Shown: positions 1 through 9,786 of the stretch, piece by piece
Layout of the letters: every line of letters starts with the position of its first letter
Position numbering within the stretch: position 1 is the first letter of the stretch
Notes under the pieces: generated by a model
Told to the model about the DNA's origin: nothing
The model's input: only the letters and a program-made list of their open reading frames with translations
Database searches by the model: none
Made by a program: the position numbers and the translations under genes
Source of the DNA: a virus
Strand: one strand, 5' to 3'
Virus record (IMG/VR): IMGVR_UViG_3300046314_000558
Span: 35,860 to 99,859 of that record
Length of the DNA stretch: 64,000 nucleotides

Positions 1-2
1 AC

Positions 3-695
3 ATCGTTGGAAACGAAAGCCCTGTTAGCGTTGAAAGCGTTGAGCGTGCTGCTGAACAACTGGGTAAAACCACTCGTAGCATTGCATCTAAACTGCGTCA
101 ACTAGACCGTGAAGTTGCTAGTCTTGCAAAAGAAAAAACCAGCGCATTTACTGAAGCAGAAGGCACTGATCTTGCCGACTTCGTTCACGCTAACGCCGGT
201 AACTTGACATACAAAGATATTGCTGAAAACTTTGCTGGCGGTAAATTCACTGCCAAACAAATTCAAGGCAAACTGTTGGCCTTGGAATTGACTGGTTCAG
301 TTAAGCCAGCCGAAAAAGTTGAAGTTGCACGTACATACACAGAAGCCGAAGAAATGACTTTTGTGAAAATGGCTGATGCAGGTAGCTACATTGAAGAAAT
401 CGCTGCTAAACTCAACAAGACAGTTGCATCAGTTCGTGGTAAAGCACTGAGCTTGACTCGCAAAGGTCAAATTGCCAAAATTCCAGCACAAAAAGAATCT
501 CATGCCAAAGAGTCCGTTGACCAAGTAAGCGCATTGGGTGCAGCTATTGCAACAATGACCGTAGCAGAAATTGCTGCTAAGGTTGACAAAACAGAGCGTG
601 GTCTGCGTACATTGCTGACTCGCCGTGGTATCAAAGTTGCTGACTATGACGGTGCAGCTAAAAAAGCCAAAGCAGAAGCCAAAGCTGCTGCTTAA
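3..695 (+). CDS. D5: T5 D5-like DNA-binding/transcription regulator (5' end outside window)
   Basis: The frame is open from position 3 (IVGNESPVSVE...) into ORF 204..695. It has repeated HTH-like units (IAAKLNKTVASVRGK; IAAKVDKTERGLRTLL) and lies upstream of the helicase, as in T5. Confidence 0.75.
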   Translation: MVGNESPVSVESVERAAEQLGKTTRSIASKLRQLDREVASLAKEKTSAFTEAEGTDLADFVHANAGNLTYKDIAENFAGGKFTAKQIQGKLLALELTGSVKPAEKVEVARTYTEAEEMTFVKMADAGSYIEEIAAKLNKTVASVRGKALSLTRKGQIAKIPAQKESHAKESVDQVSALGAAIATMTVAEIAAKVDKTERGLRTLLTRRGIKVADYDGAAKKAKAEAKAAA

Positions 696-711
696 TTTGG
701 TTTAAACCAGT

Positions 712-746
712 AGCCCGGGAGTTCCATAAAGCTCCCGGGCTTTTTC
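712..746 (+). terminator. Rho-independent terminator after D5
   Basis: AGCCCGGGAG-loop-CTCCCGGGCT followed by a T-tract. Confidence 0.85.
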
Positions 747-765
747 TGTTTAGGAGGTTCATAGT

Positions 766-1065
766 ATGCGTGTAACAATTACATACCATGACAACGAGTC
801 GTTTACAATGGAAGAAGTTGTAAAGCAGGCCGTACATAATTATGGAAAAGCAGCCCAAGTAGAAATCAAACCAGAATCTACCATGGCATATGACCACATC
901 TATTTTGGTTTACAGCAGTTGATAACTCACGAACAATTGAGTTTGCTGTATGATAGTGGTGCAACTTATCAGCAAGATTTAAAAAAGCTACGAGAGCAAG
1001 TAATGTACAAAGTTACTGAAATCGTGGATCAAGTTATTATTGACAATGAAGCGAAAGTAGGGTAA
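766..1065 (+). CDS. hypothetical protein
   Basis: 99 aa ORF with a strong AGGAGG RBS, abutting the helicase. Confidence 0.7.
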   Translation: MRVTITYHDNESFTMEEVVKQAVHNYGKAAQVEIKPESTMAYDHIYFGLQQLITHEQLSLLYDSGATYQQDLKKLREQVMYKVTEIVDQVIIDNEAKVG

Positions 1066-1067
1066 TC

Positions 1068-2456
1068 TTGGATACTAGTGCAGTAGTCTTAAACAAATTA
1101 TTAACTGAGCGTAACCTAGATATCTGGGCTAAACTCAAGTTGGTATTTTTAGACCCTGCGTATTCTTCCTTGTACAGCGTAGTAAACAAATACTACGAAA
1201 AGTACAGCGCAATTCCGTCTTTTGACGATCTTGAGCTAACCTTAAGGGAGGGTCCGGCGTCTAAAACACTGGCAACTCTCCGGTTAACCGAGGTACCAGA
1301 CGTTTCCGCAGAAGTAGCACTGGACGCACTAATCGACCAGTATACTCAGAACGAAACGGTAAAACTATTAGATAAATTCGTAGACAAATTACCCCTCTAC
1401 GATACAAATGAAATTAAAGAAAGCTTAGCCTCGATTGCACTAACAATCGAGGAAAAGACGCATACGAGCGAAAAAGTATTTACAATGGCTGACATGATGA
1501 TGTTTAGCCATCCAGAAGATTTGGAGAAAGAGCGTGTTTACCTTGGTCTTAATAACGGCTTTGACAGTGTGCTTGGTGGCGTTGCTCGCCAAGAACTCAT
1601 ACTCATTGGGGGTAAACGGGGCTCTGGCAAATCTATTGCTAGTAGCAATCTGTTTGTTAATCAATATGAGTCTGGTAACAGTAGTATTTATTTCAGTATT
1701 GAAATGACCGCTAAAGAGACTATGGAGCGTAACCTATCTATCTTAGCTAACGTAAACCTGCAGAACCTAAAACAACACAAACTAACAGACGACGAACTAT
1801 TGCGAGTAGTAAAAGCTCGTGCTGAAATGTTTGTTGACAGCGGTGACCTAGTAAGCGAGTTTTTACGTCATCGTGACCGCTTTAAGTTTGAAGAAAAATT
1901 AGTGCGTAACTGTGTGCTAAAAGCAGATAATCAAATGATTATTGTTGATGACCGTGATCTGACCCTAAGTAGTATCGACTTGCACATTGGTAAAGCCAAA
2001 GCAAAGTTCGGTGACAAACTCAAGCTGGTGGTAGTTGACTACCTTAACCAAATTGTCCTAGAAGGAAACGATCAGTATGATTGGAAACCACAAATCGAAG
2101 TCAGCAAGAAACTTAAGAATCTCGCACGAAAGTACGAAATTGTCATGGTTAGTCCATATCAGATCGACAAAGACGGGGAAGCTCGTTTTGCGAAAGGAAT
2201 TCTTGACGCAGCGGATATTGCTCTTACCATGGAAGCTCACGATAAAGAGACCAACGCGATCTCGTTTGAAACGACCAAGATTCGTGGCGGCAAAGAAATG
2301 GCGTTTACAAGTCCAATTGACTGGGATACCTTACGTATCTCGCCACAGAGTGTGGATAAGCCTACAGCTAAAGAACCGATTAAAAAAGTAAAGAAAGGCC
2401 AAGAAGAAGCAGCACCTGTTAGCGATAGCGGAGCAGACTTACCTTGGAACGCATAA
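1068..2456 (+). CDS. DnaB-like replicative DNA helicase
   Basis: Walker A GGKRGSGKS, FSIEM, Walker B LVVVDYLNQ; T5 synteny; TTG start. Confidence 0.9.
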   Translation: MDTSAVVLNKLLTERNLDIWAKLKLVFLDPAYSSLYSVVNKYYEKYSAIPSFDDLELTLREGPASKTLATLRLTEVPDVSAEVALDALIDQYTQNETVKLLDKFVDKLPLYDTNEIKESLASIALTIEEKTHTSEKVFTMADMMMFSHPEDLEKERVYLGLNNGFDSVLGGVARQELILIGGKRGSGKSIASSNLFVNQYESGNSSIYFSIEMTAKETMERNLSILANVNLQNLKQHKLTDDELLRVVKARAEMFVDSGDLVSEFLRHRDRFKFEEKLVRNCVLKADNQMIIVDDRDLTLSSIDLHIGKAKAKFGDKLKLVVVDYLNQIVLEGNDQYDWKPQIEVSKKLKNLARKYEIVMVSPYQIDKDGEARFAKGILDAADIALTMEAHDKETNAISFETTKIRGGKEMAFTSPIDWDTLRISPQSVDKPTAKEPIKKVKKGQEEAAPVSDSGADLPWNA

Positions 2457-3311
2457 ATGTCAGACCCAGTACTAGAACTAATACAGAAGAACGATCTCCA
2501 GTTTACAGTATCTGGGCGCGACTACTTAATAAAATGCCTGAACCCAGACCACAGTGACTCAAACCCTAGCTTTCGTGTAGACAAAGTTAGTGGTGTGGCT
2601 CACTGCTTTGCGTGTGGGTTCAAAACTAATCTTTTTAAGTTTTACGGGGTTTTCACAAACCCAGTACCTATTAAGATTATGGCACTAAAAGAAAAGTTGA
2701 ACATATTAAAACGGTTTGGTCAAGAACTGGAACTTCCACAAGGCTACACTCCTTGGACAAAACAATTCCGTGGTGTAAGTCCACAAACACTAAAGCAGTT
2801 TGGTGCTTTTTACACCAATCAAGTTGAAAAGCTACAAGATCGAATTGTATTCCCAGTAAAAGATATTACTGGTAAAAATGTGGTATTCATTGCTCGTCAT
2901 ACTATGTCGCAGGGAAATCCTCGTTATGTTAACTATCCACAAGGTGTTAAGATTCCAGTGTTTCCATCACACTTACCAAGCGGCTACAGTTCAATGGTGA
3001 TTGTAGAAGGCATGTTTGATATGCTTAACCTATACGACAAAGGCTGTGAAAACGTGGTATGTGCATTTGGCACTAATACCTTACAAAATGAAACAAAGTC
3101 TAAATTATTGCCATTTAAAGCACAAGGTATTACACACGTATACCTGCTGTTTGACGGTGATGAAGCAGGACGCAAAGCTGCCAAATTAATGAAGCCCATT
3201 ATCGAAGAAGAAGGCTTTATTGTTGAAATTATAGATTTACCTGATGGAACTGACCCAGGTGAACTAGACACAGAGAATGTACGAAGCATTGCCGAGTACG
3301 TTAATAAATAA
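2457..3311 (+). CDS. DNA primase (Zn-finger + TOPRIM)
   Basis: CLNPDH...HCFACG zinc finger; IVEGMFD and FDGDEAG TOPRIM motifs. Confidence 0.92.
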   Translation: MSDPVLELIQKNDLQFTVSGRDYLIKCLNPDHSDSNPSFRVDKVSGVAHCFACGFKTNLFKFYGVFTNPVPIKIMALKEKLNILKRFGQELELPQGYTPWTKQFRGVSPQTLKQFGAFYTNQVEKLQDRIVFPVKDITGKNVVFIARHTMSQGNPRYVNYPQGVKIPVFPSHLPSGYSSMVIVEGMFDMLNLYDKGCENVVCAFGTNTLQNETKSKLLPFKAQGITHVYLLFDGDEAGRKAAKLMKPIIEEEGFIVEIIDLPDGTDPGELDTENVRSIAEYVNK

Positions 3312-3313
3312 AC

Positions 3314-3342
3314 TTGAAATGTTAGCCAAGATACGCTATAAT
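3314..3342 (+). promoter_or_regulatory. sigma70-type promoter for DNA polymerase
   Basis: TTGAAA-17 bp-TATAAT. Confidence 0.8.
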
Positions 3343-3364
3343 AAAGTATCAAAGGAAATTATAA

Positions 3365-5644
3365 ATGAAAATTGCCATTATTGACAAAGCACCCAATCGA
3401 ACACGCTATAGTGACTATTTTGAGTTCGAGTACGATCAGTTTCACATGAGTTCTGTGCCAATCACCAAGCTACTGAAAAAAGATGTAGATTTGGTAGTGG
3501 ACTTGGAGCCGTATGATTTTGTGATCTTGGTTGGAGCAGAGGCTGCCAAAGAGTATGCAAAAATTACATCAGTAACCAACATGGCTGGTCAACTGGTGCA
3601 AGACAAATTCATTGCTATTTCAAACCCAGCAATGTTGAGCTTTAAACCAGAAGGCAAGCCTGACTTTCAGCGTGCAGTTGATCGTATTCACAAGTACGTT
3701 AAGGGTCAGCTAAAGCCCGCAGTACAAGGTGACTTTGCTGGAATTGATGACACTAACGAAGCCAAGCGATTCTTGCGTGAAGTGCTAGACAATGCTCAAG
3801 GCTATGTTGCATGGGACACGGAAACAACTTGCCTTTATCCACGAGACGGATATGTGCTTGGCGTGTCTATGAGCTACAAGAGCAAGCACGGCAGATATAT
3901 CTTAACAGATTGCTTGGACGATGTTTGCCTAGACTTAATGCGTAAAATTGCCCGTGAGTTTTACACAGTATTTCATAACATGAAGTTTGACTTTAAGATG
4001 ATTAAGTATCACCTTGATATCGACTTTCCTCGTAAGCGGGTGCATGACACTATGGTTATGCACTATGTTCTTGATGAAACTGACTCACACGGCTTGAAAC
4101 CACTAGCCCTAAAGTACACCGATTACGGTGACTATGATTCAGAACTTGATGACTTTAAAAAGGCATACTGTGCAGCACATGGCTTGTTGCAAGATGACTT
4201 TACATATGACCTTATTCCCTTTGATACAATTAGTCGTTATGCTTCTATTGACACAGCCGTTACATACGACCTTTTCCACAAGTTCTGGCCGATTGTCCAA
4301 ACCAATGATAAACTGCGTAAAGTTTACGAAGAAATCTTGATTCCTGGTACACTGTTCCTAATGGACATGGAAGAAGTAGGTATTCCTATGAGTACTGAAC
4401 GCATGGCCGCAGCTAGCAAGTACTTGGATTATGAGATTGAAGAAGCTAAAAAAGTTGTTTACAGCTTTGATGCAGTAAAGCAGTATGAAAAAGATAGTGG
4501 AAAGATCTTTAACCCTAATTCAGTTATGCAGCTTCGCGTTGTGTTATTCGACTATTTGGGTCTTAACCCAACTGGTAAAAAGACTGCAACTGGTGCTGTT
4601 TCTACTGATGCTGAAGTTCTTGGTGAGTTATCTGATGAGCATCCACTACCTGCCGCAATTTTAAAAGTGCGTCAGCTTGGCAAGATTCAGAATACTTATA
4701 TTCAAAAGATTCTGCCAGAAATTGATCGTGACGGTCGTATTCGTACTAACTTCAACTTGATCTTTACTACCAGCGGACGTCTTAGCTCTAGTGGCAAGTT
4801 TAACGCTCAACAGATTCCTCGCGATGACCCTATTATCAAAGGCTGTATCGAAGCTCCAGCTGGCTACAAGATTGTATCACAAGACTTGACCACAGCCGAA
4901 ATGTATTATGCAGCTGTGCTAAGTGGTGACAAGAACTTGCAAGAAGTATTCTCTAGTGGCGGCGACTTTCACTCAACAATTGCTAAAATGGTATTTTCAT
5001 TGCCATGTGCAGTTGAAGATGTTAAAAAGCTATTTGGCTCAATGCGTCAATCAGCTAAGGCTATTTCTTTTGGTATTTTGTATGGTTCGGGTGCTAATAA
5101 AGTATCTCAGACTGTATCAAAAGCTACTGGCGAGAATTACCCAGTTGAGCAAGCCCGTGACGATATTAAACAATACTTTACTAAGTTCAGTCGCCTTAAA
5201 AAGTGGCTGGAAGACCGCAAAAACTTTATTCAAACAAATGGTTACACATACTCATTTTTTGGGCGTAAACGCAGATTACCTAATGTATTTAGCGCAGATA
5301 AAGGTATTGCAGCTCACGAAGTCCGTTCAGGAATTAACGCCGAAGTACAAAGCCTTGCCAGTGATGTTAACTTACTTGGCGCTATGCGAACAGCGGAAGA
5401 GATTGCAGCAAAAGGGCTAGATGCTAAAATCTTTATGCTGGTTCATGACTCAATTGTTGCGCTCGTAAAAGACGAAGATGTGGTGGAATACTGCGAGATC
5501 CTAAAGCGTAACACGCAACACCAATGGGGATGTGAGATTCCAAATGCCCCAATCGGTGTAGATCAAGATATCGGCGAGGATTATAGTTTTGGACATTTCT
5601 CAGAAACATACAAGTTTGTTGGAGATACGCTGGCCCGTATTTAA
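3365..5644 (+). CDS. polA: DNA polymerase family A with 3'-5' exonuclease (T5-like)
   Basis: Exo motifs WDTETT and FHNMKFD; TSGRLSS; motif A QDLTTAEM; motif B RQSAKAISFGILYG; motif C LVHDSIV. Confidence 0.95.
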   Translation: MKIAIIDKAPNRTRYSDYFEFEYDQFHMSSVPITKLLKKDVDLVVDLEPYDFVILVGAEAAKEYAKITSVTNMAGQLVQDKFIAISNPAMLSFKPEGKPDFQRAVDRIHKYVKGQLKPAVQGDFAGIDDTNEAKRFLREVLDNAQGYVAWDTETTCLYPRDGYVLGVSMSYKSKHGRYILTDCLDDVCLDLMRKIAREFYTVFHNMKFDFKMIKYHLDIDFPRKRVHDTMVMHYVLDETDSHGLKPLALKYTDYGDYDSELDDFKKAYCAAHGLLQDDFTYDLIPFDTISRYASIDTAVTYDLFHKFWPIVQTNDKLRKVYEEILIPGTLFLMDMEEVGIPMSTERMAAASKYLDYEIEEAKKVVYSFDAVKQYEKDSGKIFNPNSVMQLRVVLFDYLGLNPTGKKTATGAVSTDAEVLGELSDEHPLPAAILKVRQLGKIQNTYIQKILPEIDRDGRIRTNFNLIFTTSGRLSSSGKFNAQQIPRDDPIIKGCIEAPAGYKIVSQDLTTAEMYYAAVLSGDKNLQEVFSSGGDFHSTIAKMVFSLPCAVEDVKKLFGSMRQSAKAISFGILYGSGANKVSQTVSKATGENYPVEQARDDIKQYFTKFSRLKKWLEDRKNFIQTNGYTYSFFGRKRRLPNVFSADKGIAAHEVRSGINAEVQSLASDVNLLGAMRTAEEIAAKGLDAKIFMLVHDSIVALVKDEDVVEYCEILKRNTQHQWGCEIPNAPIGVDQDIGEDYSFGHFSETYKFVGDTLARI

Positions 5645-6140
5645 GTTAGGTGATAAGAAACCAACCCAGCAAGATGGGCTGGTATTCTATCATACACACT
5701 ACGTAGATGAAAACAACTGTGAGACTTATAGCGTTAGAATGGTTGATGATAAAACTCTACCACAAAAGACGCTTGGTCTCCGACGTCTAGCAATGAAAGC
5801 ACTAAAGGTTGAGCTGTTCCCAATCCGCACAGCTATCTACTTTTTAGCAGACTTGGTTAAACTTGCAAAAGCAACCACTTGGTTTGTTGACAGCAGTGGC
5901 AGAGTATTTCAGTACGAAAAAACCACACGCGCCAAACTCACAACAAAGAAACTAAAAAATGTTTTACCTGCAGAGGGGCTAGGGTGTGTGTTTGAATTAG
6001 TGGGAGTACCTAACCGATTTAAAGCAATGCGTCACCCTGATACTACAGAACAGTATGCCAGAGTATTGCAGTTGGGTATGGCATTTATTTTTTATGGTTT
6101 TTGTAGTGAGCACAAGCCTGATAGTTGGAGAATGGTTTAA
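5589..6140 (+). CDS. conserved hypothetical protein between pol and D10 (true start uncertain)
   Basis: 183 aa ORF at the position of the T5 conserved hypothetical gene. Confidence 0.65.
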   Translation: MDISQKHTSLLEIRWPVFKLGDKKPTQQDGLVFYHTHYVDENNCETYSVRMVDDKTLPQKTLGLRRLAMKALKVELFPIRTAIYFLADLVKLAKATTWFVDSSGRVFQYEKTTRAKLTTKKLKNVLPAEGLGCVFELVGVPNRFKAMRHPDTTEQYARVLQLGMAFIFYGFCSEHKPDSWRMV

Positions 6141-7436
6141 ATGCCTAAAGCAGTAATATCAAATCGTATTTACATGGATAATCCTGGTGTAGAACACACA
6201 AAAAAGATTATCGGTGCACTTACCTACAAAATCAAAAAAGACACTGGTTCAAAGCGTTTTGCTACAGTAGAAACTATCAAGAATTATAAGGTGCTGCCCA
6301 AAGGTATTCTATCAATTCCCCAAGGTCGCCTAGACTTAATTCCCGAAGACTATGAAATCATTGATAAACGATTGCTTGAGGATGTACCTTTCCCAACGCC
6401 TAAATATCCTCTACGACCCGAACAGCAAGTGGTTTATGACCCAATCGACGACACGTGCTTTATCAATGCCCTTGTGGGATGGGGAAAGACTTTTACAGCC
6501 TTACACCTTGCTCACAAGTTCGGACAAAAAACTCTTGTTATCACCCACACAGCTGCACTCCGAGACCAGTGGTGCGAAGAAATTGAAGTCCTATTCGGGA
6601 CGCAGTGCGGAGTTATTGGTGGTGGACGAGTTGACCACGCCGACCACTTTATCACAGTGGCCAATATACAGACGCTCAGCAAGTGTGCTGGTGACTTGGC
6701 TAAGGAGTTTGGGACTATTATCTTGGACGAAGCCCACCACTGTCCTGCCACTACATTTGCACAAACAGTGGACGTATTCCATGCCCGCTACCGAATTGCT
6801 CTTAGTGGCACAATGATTCGCAAAGACGGCAAACACATCTTGTTTGGTGACTATTTTGGCCCTCTAGTATACAAGCCACCACAGTCGAATACACTGACTC
6901 CAACAGTGCACATTGTTAAGTCGGGTATTACACTAAAGCCAGGTGTACCTTGGGTTGAAAAAGTCACAGAACTACTAGAATCAGAAAAGTACAGGCAATT
7001 TATTGCAACCATTGCACTAATGCATATGCAAGAGGGTCACTCAGTGTTGGTAATTGCTGACCGAGTGGAGTTTTTACACAAAGTGAAAGAATACATTGGC
7101 GAAGATTGCGCGGTTGTTACAGGCGACACAGATTACGAAGAACGACAGTACGTCAAACAAGAAGTCCTCTCAGGAAACAAAAAAGCCATATGCGGAAGCA
7201 GGCAAATATTCTCAGAAGGCATATCTATTAACACACTCAGCTGTGTTATCCTTGCAGCCCCAATGAGTAACGATAGTCTGCTAGAACAAATTGTGGGTCG
7301 CGTTCAACGATTGCATGAAGGTAAACTTGACCCACTAGTTGTGGACATTAACTTTGCTGGTTATGCGGATAAAAAACAAAACAACGATAGACTAGCCTTG
7401 TATTTACGTAAAGGCTGGCAGGTAATAACAGCATGA
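6141..7436 (+). CDS. D10: SF2 DEAH helicase, T5 D10-like
   Basis: VGWGKT, IILDEAHH, LSGT, QIVGRVQR. Confidence 0.9.
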   Translation: MPKAVISNRIYMDNPGVEHTKKIIGALTYKIKKDTGSKRFATVETIKNYKVLPKGILSIPQGRLDLIPEDYEIIDKRLLEDVPFPTPKYPLRPEQQVVYDPIDDTCFINALVGWGKTFTALHLAHKFGQKTLVITHTAALRDQWCEEIEVLFGTQCGVIGGGRVDHADHFITVANIQTLSKCAGDLAKEFGTIILDEAHHCPATTFAQTVDVFHARYRIALSGTMIRKDGKHILFGDYFGPLVYKPPQSNTLTPTVHIVKSGITLKPGVPWVEKVTELLESEKYRQFIATIALMHMQEGHSVLVIADRVEFLHKVKEYIGEDCAVVTGDTDYEERQYVKQEVLSGNKKAICGSRQIFSEGISINTLSCVILAAPMSNDSLLEQIVGRVQRLHEGKLDPLVVDINFAGYADKKQNNDRLALYLRKGWQVITA

Positions 7437-7448
7437 TAAAATTTACAC

Positions 7449-7477
7449 TTGCAGTAGCTTCGCTATTATGCTATAAT
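7449..7477 (+). promoter_or_regulatory. sigma70-type promoter (extended -10)
   Basis: TTGCAG-17 bp-TATAAT with TGn extension. Confidence 0.8.
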
Positions 7478-7496
7478 ATAGTCTAAGTTAAGGATT

Positions 7497-7874
7497 ATGG
7501 CACTCTTTTTTAACCTGGATTTATTAGAAACAGAAACACATTGTGACCCTAAATTAATGTTAAGTATGCTGGAAAGGCATTTTAGCAAAAAGCCAATACC
7601 GAAAAACCACCGTGAACTAAATAGTTTCAAAAACTTGTCGGGTCACAGCTTTTTGTTAAATGCCCAACCTCTTTTCCAAGAAACTTGTGATATTGCACAC
7701 AAAGCGCAATATATCAGACTTGCAGGAAGGCGTGATTATAGCTTATATAAACTTTATCGTGTAGTCTACCTAGACTTAACCTATTTCAAAGATCTTGACT
7801 TAGACGCACTAAAACACAACCCACTGCTTACAATAACAGACAACAAAATTTACTTCAAATACGAAAATAACTAA
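7497..7874 (+). CDS. conserved hypothetical protein
   Basis: 125 aa ORF with AAGGA RBS, in the T5 position between D10 and D11. Confidence 0.65.
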   Translation: MALFFNLDLLETETHCDPKLMLSMLERHFSKKPIPKNHRELNSFKNLSGHSFLLNAQPLFQETCDIAHKAQYIRLAGRRDYSLYKLYRVVYLDLTYFKDLDLDALKHNPLLTITDNKIYFKYENN

Positions 7875-7876
7875 TT

Positions 7877-8518
7877 ATGGCAATTTCATTTAAAAACACC
7901 AAAGGCAAAGCTCAATCAAACAAAGTTGAGGCTTACGAGTACAAAGACGGCGAAAACACAGTTCGACTAGTAGGCGGCGTTCTTCCACGCTATATTTACT
8001 GGATCAAGGGCAGCAACAACAAGGATATTCCTGTTGAATGTTTGGCTTTCAGCCGCGACAAAGAAAAATTCGATAACATCGAAAAAGATCATGTCCCACA
8101 GTTCTACCCAGAGCTGAAGTGCTCATGGAGTTATACAGTTAACTGTATTGACCCAAAAGACGGCAAAGTCAAAGCTCTGAACTTGAAAAAGAAACTGTTT
8201 GAGCAAATTGTAAGTGCAGCAGAAGACTTGGGCGATCCAACAGATTTTGATACTGGTTGGGACGTTGTGTTCAAGCGCACTAAGACTGGGCCTCTAGCCT
8301 TTAATATCAGCTACGATCTCTCAGTACTACGTTGCAAGCCACGTAAGCTAACTGATGAAGAACGTGCAGCTGCTGAAGCAGCCAAGTCAATTGATGAAAA
8401 ATATCCTCGCCCAACAGAAGCCGAAGTGCTAGCCCTGTTGGAAAAAGTTACCTCTAACACAGATGACGGCGATGCAGGCGATGACTCTGCTCAAGAAGCT
8501 GTTAAAGAACTAGGTTGA
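7877..8518 (+). CDS. D11: T5 D11-like single-stranded DNA-binding protein
   Basis: NTVRLVGGVLPRYIYW, LGDPTDFDTGWD and an acidic C-terminal tail; synteny. Confidence 0.75.
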   Translation: MAISFKNTKGKAQSNKVEAYEYKDGENTVRLVGGVLPRYIYWIKGSNNKDIPVECLAFSRDKEKFDNIEKDHVPQFYPELKCSWSYTVNCIDPKDGKVKALNLKKKLFEQIVSAAEDLGDPTDFDTGWDVVFKRTKTGPLAFNISYDLSVLRCKPRKLTDEERAAAEAAKSIDEKYPRPTEAEVLALLEKVTSNTDDGDAGDDSAQEAVKELG

Positions 8519-8524
8519 TATATG

Positions 8525-8560
8525 TAGCCCGCAATCCTGAAAAGCTTGCGGGCTATTTTG
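8525..8560 (+). terminator. Rho-independent terminator after D11
   Basis: TAGCCCGCAA-loop-TTGCGGGCTA then TTTT. Confidence 0.8.
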
Positions 8561-8573
8561 TCTGATAAACACA

Positions 8574-9533
8574 ATGAAAATACTATTTACAGCAGACGTA
8601 CATATTAAACTAGGTCAAAAGAATGTGCCAGTTGAGTGGTCACGAAACCGATTTCACCTATTTTGCAAGCAGTTTAGTGAAATGCAGCATGAAGCAGACT
8701 TGGTGATTGTGGGTGGCGATGTATTTGATCGACTACCTACAATGGATGAAGTTGAGCTTTACTTTGACTTTGTGGAAAGCTTTCACAAACCAACACTAAT
8801 CTATCCTGGCAATCATGAAATGTTGAAAAAAGACTCAACATTCTTGACTAACCTTAAAAAGTCTACACATCGACTAAATTCATTGGTAACTATTATAGAT
8901 GAATACTACTCGAACGATACAGTAGATATTATACCTTACAACAAACTGAAAGATTACGAAAAGCACGGATATAGTTTTAGCAACCGTATCTTGTGCACAC
9001 ACGTTCGTGGAGAGATTCCACCGCACGTTAAGCCAGAAGTAGACTTGGACTTATTTAATCGCTGGAACTTGGTACTAGCAGGCGACCTGCATTCATATGA
9101 AAATTGTCAGCGCAATATTCTTTATCCTGGCAGCCCTTATACTACTAGTTTTCACCGCTCCCGAGTCGATACTGGCGCTATTATCCTTGATGTTGATACT
9201 CTCAGTCATGAGTGGCGGAAGTTCAACTTACCACAGCTCATCAAGAAAACAATCACTGCCGAAGAGGCCTCCACCTCCGCCAATGCCACCGACTTTGACC
9301 ACACAATCTATGAAGTGCAAGGTGATATGCAAGAACTCGGAGAATTGCAAGATTCAGAGCTGATTGCCACCAAAGTCCTAAAACGCGATACCGACTCAGC
9401 ACTAATGCTAGACGCAGAAATGTCCTTGGATCAAGAAGTACGCGAGTACGTAACCTATATCTTAGAACTACCAGAACCCACGGTAGATAAGGTTTTAAAA
9501 GAAATGCAAAATCATGCAGAAAAATTCACCTAA
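8574..9533 (+). CDS. D12: SbcD/Mre11-like metallophosphoesterase nuclease, D12
   Basis: ADVH, GGDVFD, PGNHE, AGDLH, YPGSP motifs. Confidence 0.9.
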   Translation: MKILFTADVHIKLGQKNVPVEWSRNRFHLFCKQFSEMQHEADLVIVGGDVFDRLPTMDEVELYFDFVESFHKPTLIYPGNHEMLKKDSTFLTNLKKSTHRLNSLVTIIDEYYSNDTVDIIPYNKLKDYEKHGYSFSNRILCTHVRGEIPPHVKPEVDLDLFNRWNLVLAGDLHSYENCQRNILYPGSPYTTSFHRSRVDTGAIILDVDTLSHEWRKFNLPQLIKKTITAEEASTSANATDFDHTIYEVQGDMQELGELQDSELIATKVLKRDTDSALMLDAEMSLDQEVREYVTYILELPEPTVDKVLKEMQNHAEKFT

Positions 9534-9786
9534 AATAGCCGAAGTATGGTCACAAACTAACTGCCCAGCTTGTACTGAAGCCAAGCGGTTACTGGAAACT
9601 CACGGAACGCATATTGTAGAAAAAATGCTTGGCATTAACGGCTATACCAAAAAAGATTTAATTGAAGTAGTTCCCAATGCTCGCAGTGTGCCACAAATCT
9701 TTTTAGATGGTGAGTACATTGGTGGATTGCAGGAACTTAAAAGAAAACTAGCAAATGATAACAATAAAAACACTAGCATGGTCTAA
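9514..9786 (+). CDS. glutaredoxin
   Basis: CPAC active site and SVPQIFLDGEYIGG. Confidence 0.9.
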   Translation: MQKNSPKIAEVWSQTNCPACTEAKRLLETHGTHIVEKMLGINGYTKKDLIEVVPNARSVPQIFLDGEYIGGLQELKRKLANDNNKNTSMV